From NCBI GenBank assembly GCA_002189035.1, contig NEEC01000009.1:2480001-2544000 (forward strand): a stretch of 64,000 bases of DNA, read 5' to 3'. Positions 37,241-48,655 of this stretch are shown here, one piece after another. The DNA comes from Utricularia gibba (taxonomy: Eukaryota > Plantae > Magnoliophyta). Position numbers and translations under genes: made by a program. The notes under the pieces are model-generated. The model searched no databases. It was not told the origin of the DNA and worked only from the letters and a program-made list of their open reading frames with translations. Within the stretch, counting starts at the first letter, position 1; the number at the start of each line of letters is the position of its first letter.

Positions 37241-40200
37241 CTTTAGTATGCTCTTTAACTCCTCTTAGCAGTTGTGGATCCACAGCATCCCCTTCACAGA
37301 TCAGAAGCTAATGATATGTGAAAGTTATCATTAGAGCACCATGCTATTTATAACACACACCAAGCTCAAATAGCTTGAACTAATTCAAATTCTAATAACG
37401 TATTTCGTTTATCTTACAGAGTCGGGTTTATTTAATCCTCAATCCAATACTAAATTTTTTTTCATAAAAATGTAAAGAATTCCGAGCAACTAATTTTAGT
37501 TTCACATATCGAAAAATAATTTATAATAAAACAGAACTATTTTGTTAATTTATATAAATCGTCTGTATTTAATAATAAAATTATTTCAAATAAATCTTTA
37601 ATTATAAAATAAAAATAAATCTCAACTTTAACTTTATCCAAAATCACTTTACCAAGTGTTTTTTTACCAAAACGAATATTTTCTAGGTTTTTTTAAAAAA
37701 ATACCAACAACTCTATTGATAAATATTTTTTTTCCATGCTTCCTCTAATTACTTTAGATTGCTTAACCCCCAAATAAATATTATTAAAAAATTAAAATAA
37801 AGTAACGTTCTGAAAAACTTTTAGAATTTATTTTTAATTTTTCAAAAATACTTTAAAGAATTAAAAATAATTAATAAAAATAGAAAGAGATTGTAAGTAT
37901 TCTAAAAAACTATAAAAATAAATTTAGAGTTATTTTTCAAATTAAAGAAATAAATATAAATATAAATATAGACCATTAATTATTTTTTAAAATTATAATT
38001 TTTGATATAATTATTTTTATAACTGATCATACTTTTTTAAAAAAATATTTTTATTTTTTGAAAAGCAAAAATAAACTTTAAAAACTTTACACAATAATAC
38101 ACAAGTGTTATATGGGAACCAAAAGAGGGTTTAGGGTAATGATGGAGATAGGTGGGCCAGGAGCTAGCTGTAGGGCCTAGCCCATATTCAGCCCATAGAC
38201 AATGGAGCATAGGCCCATACCTAGCAGCCCACATCGCCGGCTTCCACCCCCATTTTAATTAAATGTCATCATCAAAAAGTCTTCGGCGCTAGATTCCCAC
38301 CCCCATTCTCTTATCCACTGCACGCGTCACCACGCTATGGTATAGTGCACTTTATCATGTTGCATCTTGCATGCACATCATGGGATCGCAAACTATTGGA
38401 GGGGATGTTCCAGTGTTTTGAAATTAGGGTGAACCCTAGTTTAGGCCTGATTAAATTTGAATTTATGATTTTTGAATAATAGAAATATTAAAATTAATTC
38501 AACATATTATTACATTAGTCTAAAATTATGAGTAAATTATATTACAAAAAGTTGGATTATCGAATATTTTTAATATTTAATATTATTATTCGATGTTATA
38601 CTTTTAGATCATGTTTGATAATTATTCCGATATATATTATTTCAGTATAAATTTATCTATGATAGTATGATAAATTTAAAAAGAAGTGTTATATGAGATA
38701 AATGTATGTTTGTAACCTAGTTATTAAACACGCATTATGTATCCCAATATCAAATATATCTTTGTTTATACTTGCTTATATCAACTACCAAATATAATCT
38801 TATGTTACAACATGAAACACGTTTTAGAAAATGATGTTTCGGATTTGTATCAATGTTTCTAGATAATATATGGTCAGTTACTATAGGACAAAATATCTGT
38901 TTCACATTTGCGTGGATTGTTACGTGAGACGCTTACTCACTTTTGAATTTACAAACATTTTAATTTTTTTAATTTTTGAATGACGTGTATTGTCGGGGGA
39001 GTCAAATTTAGGGTTGGGCATGGGGAATTGGGCCCATGAAATTGATAGGCCCAATGACAAGCGGAAGCATATAACGACGTGGCGGCCCAAGGGATTCTAA
39101 AAACAGAACGCGAAGAGCCGCGGGTTCTGAGAGTTCTTCCGCGGAATTGATCTTCTCGCGTCTGGGTCTTGGAGAAGGCTTGCCGTCAGTGATTGAATTC
39201 TGGTGCTAGCAATTCCTCTGAACTCGTCGCTTCGATCTGCGAAGCGAACCGAGGAAATAGGAATTCAGTCTTTAGCGTTCGTTGATTTCCTTCATTTATG
39301 CATTCGCGGCTTGTTGTATGTGGGGCCGATAGAACTGGAACGCTTTGGATCGACATGTCGATCGGTGAAAAGACTTGGTTTTCCCTGATTTCTTGCTTAT
39401 TGAGCCGTTTCGTCATCTGAGTTTTATCGGATTGAGCTCCAGCTACACAATCCGAAAAGGTTTGAAAAAACCCTATCAAGTTCCGTGGTCTGTATCGGGC
39501 CCAACCGACACAAGGGAGAGTTGGTTATTTTAGGCTTTTAATTCTAAATTTTAAATACAATATACTAAAATAGAAAAAAAATCCCAAAATAGTATGTCAA
39601 TTTTTCTTTAATGATGTGTTCCATAACGACAATACTGATACCATTATTTAATAAATTAAATATATAATTATGAAATTTTTTAAACTTAAAGTGTATTTTT
39701 GGATCAAATTAGATGGAGTTGGGCATTGACCATATTACCCCTTGTGAACGTTTATCATTTTTGTTGTTTAGTCAACGATCCGATTCCATTCCATCCGCCA
39801 CGTCGTGGACTCTCCCTCAGGTTCCATTTAAAAAAGAGAACCCTTGGGGGCGTTGACTAAAATGCCCTTCAAAAGGCATTCGTATTTGACCTAGCAAGCT
39901 GCTCAAGATCGGTCACAACCTTTTTCCTTTTTTTTTTTGTGTCTAAACTGCATAATTGTCTTAGATTACGTGGTTTATTACAATAATCATGGATCAAAGC
40001 ACCGTGGTCTGAAAATGGAGGAGTTCCTCGCTTTCTCTATGTTGTAAGTAACGCCAGCCGGGCTAGGCCATTGAAAACGAAAACTTGTTCAAATTCTGGA
40101 TGGAACTTCCGGGAAGAATTAAAAATGAAAACTTACATATTTAAATTCTGGATGGAGATTCTGGGAAGAATTAAAAATGAAGAATTGAGATATAAAATAT

Positions 40201-41437
40201 GATGGATTGGGGTGGAGGGGGAATAAAGGTACACACTTGCAGAAAACAAAGTTGTTCTCGAATGTCAAACTTTGCAGATCTATGTGCCTAAACTTTAAGA
40301 AACAGTCTTTCGTATGGAAAGATGGCATTTTGAAGGGCTGTGGACGCAAGAGTAGGTGAATTTTGGATGAAAAATTGATGCTTTAGGTTGCTGTTCTCTA
40401 CATCTGTGACCTGACTTTTGTTTAGATAAGTTACATTATTTGTTTGGTGTTGTTTCATTTTTCATTTGTAGGTGGAGGATAGTTTTATCTTCCCACCTCT
40501 GCGATAAATGCTGTAACGGGAACCGCATTCTTGCTTTTCCTTTACTGTTTCAGTCATTGCCTTGCCAATACCGGTCTCCTCCATCGGACACTGAAGGTTC
40601 CTTTTCCGTCTTTGTTGATGCGCCTCTTTCGTCTACCTACTGTTTTACCCGGTTTAGCACTTTTTTTTTTCTTTCTGGAGATTTTGACTTTGTGAGGAAA
40701 TAGTGTTCCGCAATTTAAAGATTTGGGTTTTAATCTGGAGTGTTGTCCGAAGAATTTGCGATATTGGGTATTGTGTATCGGTCATTTTTCTTTAATTTTC
40801 AATGAGCCTCTGCAACGCATTCTCCTCCTGAAGTAGTCGTCTTCCCCGTTCTTGACATTCCTCTGTGCTGTCGTTTTTACCCTTTGTTTCCCACTTTCTG
40901 GTTACTTTTTCGGTCGGTTTATTGGTTTTTTTTTTGTATATGCATTGGCCTATCGTTGCTCGCTGGGCCTTTGTGGAGACAAAAGGTTGTCCCTCTTCCT
41001 ATTTGGTTTCCAAAGAAGAAGATCGAGCGGGCTGGGTTGGACCTCCAATGGCGAAGGTGATGGTTTTATCTTTTTAGCTGGATCCATCACTTTTCCTCTT
41101 TTTTGTGGTTCACAAGGCATGCATTTCTTGGTTTACGACTATTTTTAATTTGGGATCGATTAATATGCAGATAAGTGGCCCTGTATTCTTATCATTGCTG
41201 CTAAGATTTCAAAAATTGTTTTGCTGAAATTCTTGTGATGCTTTTAGTGTGCTATTCTTTGTTGAACTGAATGCAATGAGATTGTAACTACTCTTTGCTC
41301 TCGTTTTTGTTTATGTAAGTTCTCTGCAATCTTCTGTTTTCTGATAAAATATTGTGCTTTTAGTGCACATTCAGGATTAATGCTTGTTGCCAACTTGAGA
41401 ACTGAGTCCCTATATAGTATAGTCCCAGTTTCAGAAA

Positions 41438-43440
41438 ATGTCTTCCACTGTGAGAAATGCATTGTTAGAGAAATATGGAGGTGTGAGGCTATGGGTTCTC
41501 CTCTGCTTGGGCGTTGTTGCATTCATACTCCTCATCCTTGCCATCTTGTCGATATGGATCATGTCTCGACGGAGAAACCGGAAAACACTGGATACATCGT
41601 TTTGCCGAACCCCGAGAGTTTCGAAAGAGATCCGAGTGGATAGAGTTGGAGATGAGAGCAGAAACAATGGAATAGAGACTGTGCGCATGAACACCAATGA
41701 CAAGCCAACTAAAAAAAACTCAGACAACTTGCTAGTTCATTTTGCTAGGAGTAGATCAAGTGATGTTGATGATATTAGCCAGTGCAGTTCATCATTTCGT
41801 CGTGAAAGGGCCTACAGCTCTCAGTCCGGTGAGGAAGGCAGCTCTGGGAATGTTCGAAAGCAATCTATGAACCTGCTGGGGGTTGCCATGCCATCTCCTT
41901 TAGTTGGTTTGCCGGAGATGTCTCATCTCGGATGGGGACACTGGTTCACTCTCAGAGACCTTGAAATCGCAACGAATCGATTCTCAGCAGATCATGTCAT
42001 CGGTGAAGGTGGTTATGGTATTGTTTATCGTGGAAGACTGGTTAATGGCACAGAGGTTGCTGTTAAGAAGCTTCTCAACAATCTGTGAGAGAACTATCCA
42101 TTTGCCTTGTGACATTAAACTTGATGACATCTTCATCTGAATGAATTTTTACTGCAGAGGTCAAGCAGAGAAGGAATTCAGAGGTGAAGTAGAAGCCATT
42201 GGCCATGTTCGACACAAGAACCTCGTACGCCTTCATGGCTACTGCATCGAGGGAGTTCATAGGTTACCATCTACCTCTTGAAACTGCAGAAAATATTGCT
42301 AAAAGTGAATGAAAACTCATCTGATATCCGAAATGGTGCTCAGGTTGCTTGTGTACGAATATGTGAACAATGGTAATCTTGAGCAATGGCTTCACAGCGT
42401 TCCGAGGAACAATGGCTCACTTTCATGGGAAGCCCGCATCAAAATTCTTCTTGGCACTGCAAAGGCGTGAGTGCATATCAGCTCATCTTCGAGGTTTGAA
42501 CTGAAAGAACACATGCTGCATCATCATCCCTTTCTCATTTCTTTTGCAGGCTTGCATACTTGCATGAAGCCATAGAGCCTAAAGTTGTGCATCGCGATAT
42601 CAAATCGAGTAACATCTTGATCGACCAAGACTTCAATGCGAAAGTTTCTGACTTTGGTTTGGCTAAGCTTTTAGGCTCCCATCAGAGTCACATAACAACA
42701 AGAGTAATGGGTACTTTTGGGTATGCATTCTTGTCTTTGCAATACAATCACCATATTGCTGCAGTTCTGTACTCGCTCATTTGCTTCCTTTTCTTTGTCA
42801 AGTTACGTGGCTCCTGAATACGCCAACTCAGGCTTGTTGAACGAAAAGAGCGATGTATACAGCTTCGGTGTCCTACTGCTAGAAGCCATTACTGGAAGGG
42901 ACCCTGTTGACTATGGACGCCCTGCAAATGAGGTGGGCTCGCCTCTGACGTGCATCATGATACAGAGCCTGGTTCAATAATCTAGAGATAGCTGTTTAAT
43001 GTTTTGATCATCTATCTCACCAGGTTAATCTGGTCGAGTGGCTGAAAATGATGGTGGCGAACCGGAGAACAGAAGAAGTAATGGACCCGAACATCGATCC
43101 GCGCCCCTCGACACGAGCCCTGAAGCGGGCGCTTTTGGTGGCACTCAAGTGTGTTGATCCTGATTCAGAGAAACGACCCAAAATGAGTCAGGTTGTTCGA
43201 ATGCTCGAAACTGACGAATTCCCATATCGCGAGGTTTGCTAGCCTTCCTTCTGTTTATTGATCACTATCCCTGACATAGAACATAGAGCTAGTATAACTC
43301 ATTCTCCCTGCTCGCAACTCCAGAGCCGCCGGAGTCGGAAAAGCCGGAGCATGGATGCCGGTCCGGTGGAGAGGGAGGAGCATTCACACGGCCAGGCTTA
43401 TGATCCAACTGACAGAAATGGAGATGCAGGAGAAGGTTGA
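41438..43440 (+). CDS. Receptor-like protein kinase, RLCK-V group (At2g42960/At3g59110-like), multi-exon
   Basis: N-terminal TM segment, then [58 protein letters not shown] and [11 protein letters not shown]. Confidence 0.93.
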
Positions 43441-45404
43441 CGGCCCCCAGTTTTCTGCTATGTGGAGTTACATTTACAGAAAAAAAAAGTATATGAAATG
43501 AAACAAATTAATCCATTTGTGTAGTTCTCTTCATGTACAGTACCTGCTGTTGATTCTTCCATTTTCCTGGTTTCGGTTTCCATTTATTTAATGAATTTGA
43601 TACTTAATAATAAATCATAGGAGTAAAATCTGGAATCAAAATCCTCCGAACTGCCGCCAGACCGCGATTCGAAGTTGAAGAAAGAGAGGGGAAGTTCCTG
43701 GGGCAGGGGCTCGCGGGTGGTGATTAAAGAAAGATGGGTATGGAGAAGCCCGTGCATCTTTTTTTCTGCCAGGAGGCAGAGAAATTGGGCTCGCAGCGTT
43801 GCTGCTCACTCGTAACTCGTTCAAATTCAATCCGTTAACTGGAGGTGAAGCCATCCTTCCCCATTACTGAGATTGACGAAATAATCTTGTGGGAACGTTT
43901 TTCATAACCATTGATTGTTGAAGTTTCTTGCTTTGTGAGAATTGCAGTTTCATATTCCTGTGGGTTTTTAAGGTGTTCACTCGATGAGGCTAGTTCTTGG
44001 ATGGTTTTTGAGAGAGAGATGGCTTTTTTTTCATGGGTTCTAGGTGCAATTTCATTGATGATTTTACTAGGATTTCATTGTCAACTGGATATGAAATGAT
44101 GCTGTGGGTTTATGCAAGAGTTTTGATGAAGCGTTTCCGAATCCTTTCATCAATAATGCACAAGACATTCGGGGCCATCATATTGCCTTCTGAGCTTCTT
44201 TCATCTCAACTACTGTTATATTTGAACAGCTTTCCGTCATATATGCACTGCCAATGCTCTTTTCTGCCTCATTTCCATTAGCGTTACCCTTCTTTCCGAC
44301 TGGTTCTTTCGAAGGGATCGAGGAGGAGCGTGATGTTGCCACAGACTTTACCATGGCTAGGATGTTCTCCTGCATTCCTATTTCTAGAGGTGATAGAGTG
44401 TAAGCCTGCTGACAATCGTGGTTGATGGTTAATTTTTGCCACCCCGACTGCTGATCTTTCATTGTTTTCAGAAGATTCTGTGAAGGCATTTTACCCGTTC
44501 CTGGATCGTTGATTCTTGCCCCAGATCAGTTAGGGCCATTAGGGGGAAGTCTCCTTTCCAAATGTTGAGCTTGGCAGGTTCAATAGCTGATGCCCTGCAG
44601 ATTTGATCCACAGAACTCTCATGGAGGAGCTGTATACTTCCCATATGTGTCTTTAGCCAATGATCTGTTTTTCAACCAGGAATTTGTTCCTAGTTTATTT
44701 ACTACTGTCACTGGTTTTGATCTTAAAATTCTGGAGGCTGGTGAAGCAATTTATGAGCTTCTGACAACATAGACAAGTGCATTATCAAACTTTGCAAATT
44801 TGCAGGAATTTCCATGCTTGAGAAAGAACATTAGTGCCATTGTGCAAATCTACAGTTGTTGTATGATCAATCCATTCTTACCAGTAAATAATGCTGGAGT
44901 TTTCTAGGAATTAGCAAATTTGCAGGCAACTTTTTCTTCAATCCAAATTGCCCATCTCATGAACAGTGGATTGAAGAGATGAAAGGGGAGAATTTACAGC
45001 TAAAAGCTGCGTAAAGATTATACCTTTAAGTGAATGCGGAAGAATGTAGTCTGTAAATTGGTCCCAGGCCTGAACTGGAAAGCGAATTAACAATGAACCC
45101 AAAAACATTGTTGCTTGTGTTATGACAGACAATTAAAACCGCTAGCTGCGGTGCTACAGCAGCAGGGGGCCTAGCGCCTGCGTCTACTTATAAATGACAA
45201 AGCTTTTCACTGCAGTGAAAACAGTTTTTGACGCCTCATGGGATGAAGAAGAAGATAGACAACACATTTTGATTTGACCTTACGGATTTCCTCCCCATTG
45301 TCACCATCTCGAGATTCGTGCAGCAAACAACAGCGGCCCATTAGAGAAGGGAAGGGAACTCTGTTCTTCAACTGTTTTTGTGGCTGTGGTTCAATTCGAA
45401 TAAT

Positions 45405-46100
45405 ATGTATATAAAGCTTCGCTGTCTTCAGGACTCAGAGTCCCCAGTCCCCACTGCGATTTTGAACTTATTTCCTCTATCCGTTCCTTTTGCCTTCTGC
45501 TATTGCAGATTTACATTTTTCTTTGAGTTTTCGAAACCCGCCGTTTCAACAGCACTTCGACTTCGCGCTTTCTCCCTTTCTTCATCCTCCATGGCATCGT
45601 ACCCTCTTCAAGCTTGTTGCAGATGGGCTTCCCTCCCGAAAGGTGAGATTTTTCTGAATACCCATGTTTGTTATGCGGGTGTTTTTTGAGAAATGAGTTT
45701 GGATTTTCGACAGGTGATTTCTTTTTCGCATTTCTCGTGCACCCTGTTGGAACTATTTCTGTTTCTTGGTCTTCCTGTGAACGAACACTGCTCCGCCTCT
45801 TCCCAAGGCCTTTTTTTTCCGCTTATCGTTTGTGTCTTCACACGTTTCAGGCGCGGAAGAAGCTGGAAAACTTGGCTCCGGTCGCTGAGCACATTTAAAT
45901 GAATGGGCTCTTCAGTTGAGGTTTAGTTTGACGAATACACTGTTGGGGGAATGAAGCTTTTGGTCCGGAGTGAATATCAAACTTGTTGGGTGGTGATGCT
46001 TTTTACATTCTCATCATATGAAACTTATGCTGCTATCAGTCTTCTGATAGTTTTTTGGGTTTCCCTAGAGCTTCATTGCTTCTTGGAATAGGGAATCCAC
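45405..46100 (+). ncRNA. Candidate spliced lncRNA/small-ORF transcript carrying a miR165/166-complementary site
   Basis: TATA-like TATATAAA near 45407, CT-rich leader, AG|GTGAGA donor at 45643 and TTTCAG acceptor at 45850. The only spliced ORF is 29 aa. The miR166-complementary site is at 45946-45968. Transcript ends are estimates. Confidence 0.4.
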
Positions 46101-46983
46101 AAAGAAATTGATAGTTGATTCCTTGTTCTTTGCTGAAATAGGAGAATCCAGTGTTGGTTGCAACCCACACGTAGTCTCTGCAACTTTTCTGGCAGAGAGT
46201 ACAGAGAGATTCACCCATAAAAGGCACCCATCTTCTCTTTTAACATAAACATGTATCCAATCCAATCAAGAAATGCAGAACCGAAGTTTCTTGTTGCAAT
46301 TCATCTGGTATTCCTCGTGGGAATCTGTGCAATAGTTCTAGATCATGGAAGCCTGCTGCATCCGTCAATCAAGTCCTCCCCTGAGAATCCAATCCCTGCG
46401 CCGTCTCTGAAAGAATCCCAGCTGCATTGTCCCGGAACACCAGCGTTCCCAATCGCCCGCTGGTTGTCGTCCACCAAAATCGTCGGAAAAATTTGAAGAA
46501 ATTGATTGAATCTGGGTGCCTATTACAATGATAGGGAGTCGCGAGAACGACCCGGAACACGAAAACGCGGAAATTCGCACCGGATAATGAGAATTCAGAG
46601 AGGCTAGGGTTGAATCCTCCGGCACCCGTAGCCATGGGAGCCGCCAAGGAAGCTTCTCCGTTAGGCGGGCCTCTTCCATTTTAGGCCCATGTTCATGGAT
46701 CATTAGGCCCAATATAAATCCATCTACTTCAGTAAGTAAATAAATAAATTTAAAATTAAATAAATAATTCCATATCGTTTGCCAAATAATCTACCCTACG
46801 GTCAAAGTCAAGATATCAAGTGGGTAGATTCCTGAAAATCATTCTGGTTACAGTGCATCATCGTGGCCGCATCTCAGCCTGAAGACACATTTACCGCCTC
46901 AACTTGACGGTAAAAATCCCTTTTTTTCTACATATTTAGTTGTACTGTGCATGTGCAGGAAGAGATCTCAACGCTGGGCGACA

Positions 46984-47205
46984 ATGAGCAAGTACCGTTT
47001 CACGGCGGCGGCGATGGAGACGTCGAGAGACGAGTTGGGTTTCCGGCGGTGGAGTGCTTATCTGAGGTGCTTGCGGAATCTGCAACTGTTGCCCAAAGCG
47101 GCTCCGGCGGTTGCACCCGGCAGCTCCCGGGACGCCGTGATCGAGAACAGCTACGACAGAGTCATGGAATTGAGCTGCTGGGGACCCTCCACCGTCAGAT
47201 TCTGA
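46984..47205 (+). CDS. Wound-induced protein (DUF3774), copy 1, divergent N-terminus, 73 aa
   Basis: RDELGFRRW plus C-terminal VMELSCWGPSTVRF*. Confidence 0.8.
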   Translation: MSKYRFTAAAMETSRDELGFRRWSAYLRCLRNLQLLPKAAPAVAPGSSRDAVIENSYDRVMELSCWGPSTVRF

Positions 47206-48357
47206 GAGAATCTATCTCATCTATCTGGTGTCTGCGCCTGCGGTGTGTATGTAAAAGAACCCCTGATGACGAAAGCCCTTTGTTTACCAGTAAAGCTTGC
47301 ACCTGTCTAGACGCAGCGTGCTTCTCTGAAGTGAAGAGTGTCTCTACTGTGGAGTGTCTGTAACTTTACTGTGCAGAAGTAGTCCAATGTCAAGCTTGTT
47401 GTATATGGGGTGTGTATTATGGCTTGGTCTTCATATATACGAACGATGATCAGTTTTAAGATTAATTTTTTTGTATTGGGAACTGTTGATTAACCTCGAA
47501 CATGCAACAAGTTGCTCTTGAGATTGTTAGAATGGATGCATTGAACTTAAGAATGAGATGCATTATATGAACACATATGAAACATAAGTAAATAATAAAC
47601 GTAAATCATATTAAAAAATATTAGAATCAATACATTACTAATGATTTATAATATATTATAGACTCGATTATTTAACTTTCAAGTCCTGATGTATGATCTT
47701 TTATTTTGATAGTTTATAGTATTTAGTTGGCGATTATGATAAAAAAACACATAAAAAAACCTAAGATACTCAACATGTTACTAGAATTGAACAAAGTAAC
47801 ATAGAAAAATGATCTCAAACAAGATCGTATTACAAAATGCAATGTTACAGACACAAACTGTATAAATCTAAAGTTTCATCCGGAAGACCACTTCAGAACT
47901 CATCTATATTCAAGGGGCTCTCTCGAATGCTCCTCAAATCACAAACAGTCCTCTTTTAAATAAATGAATGGCCATAAATTTTAAAAATAAATTCATTAGT
48001 GAATATGATTTGAATATAGTAGTGATGATATATTAGCACATTTAACCAAATCATTTTAAAATGAATAATTTTAATATTATATTATTATAACCATATAAAA
48101 GCCAGTCAGATTCCCGAGTAAATCTGGTCTGTATTCGTTTTTAATTTTTCCTTGTTGTCTTTGCGTGTATTTATTTAATAATATTAATAGAAATTAAAAG
48201 TTATGGGGTCCACCATCCGGAAAAAAAGCCCCATGTTTTCCCGGAAACCACGAGTGTGGGGAAAACCAGTGTGCGGTGGACGTTCCTATATAACAAGAGC
48301 TCAACCTCCCCCATACCAAAGCAATCGCAATCGCAAGAGCAAGAGCAATCGGAGAAG

Positions 48358-48633
48358 ATGAGTTCGGCGAAAAAAGTGTCTTCGCTGGTGGCGGGAGCCA
48401 GCGTTCTGGCGGTGGAGGCGTTGAAGGAGCTGGGCTTCTGCAGGTGGAACTACACGCTGAGGGTTCTGCAACAGCACGCCAAGAACAATCTCAGGTCCTA
48501 CACGACGCAGGCGCACAAGATCTCGGCTTCCACCTCCGCCGTCGTTTCCAACAAGAAGAACAACGACAAGTTGAAGAAATCGGAGGAATCCCTGCGACAA
48601 GTCATGTATTTGAGCTGCTGGGGTCCCAATTGA
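48358..48633 (+). CDS. Wound-induced protein (DUF3774), copy 2, 91 aa
   Basis: AVEALKELGFCRWNY...KSEESLRQVMYLSCWGPN*, with a TATA at about 48288. Confidence 0.93.
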   Translation: MSSAKKVSSLVAGASVLAVEALKELGFCRWNYTLRVLQQHAKNNLRSYTTQAHKISASTSAVVSNKKNNDKLKKSEESLRQVMYLSCWGPN

Positions 48634-48655
48634 TGGATGGATGGATGGATGGATG
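48632..48655 (+). repeat. (GATG)6 microsatellite starting in the stop codon of WIP copy 2
   Basis: Read directly from the sequence. Confidence 0.9.

Noticed and set aside
38226-38236. AGCCCACATCG resembles the snRNA USE element (RTCCCACATCG)
   Set aside because: One mismatch, wrong spacing to any TATA, and no U-snRNA or 7SL sequence follows.
39397-39417. TTATTGAGCCGTTTCGTCATC resembles miR171
   Set aside because: About six mismatches and no star arm found.
43741-43756. TGGAGAAGCCCGTGCA resembles both ends of miR164
   Set aside because: The middle 5-6 nt of the miRNA are missing and I find no foldback partner; compatible with chance.
45946-45968. Intact MIR166 precursor on the minus strand
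   Set aside because: The mature-like sequence has AAAA in place of the AGG core and no miR166* arm is present. Kept only as a decayed-origin alternative.
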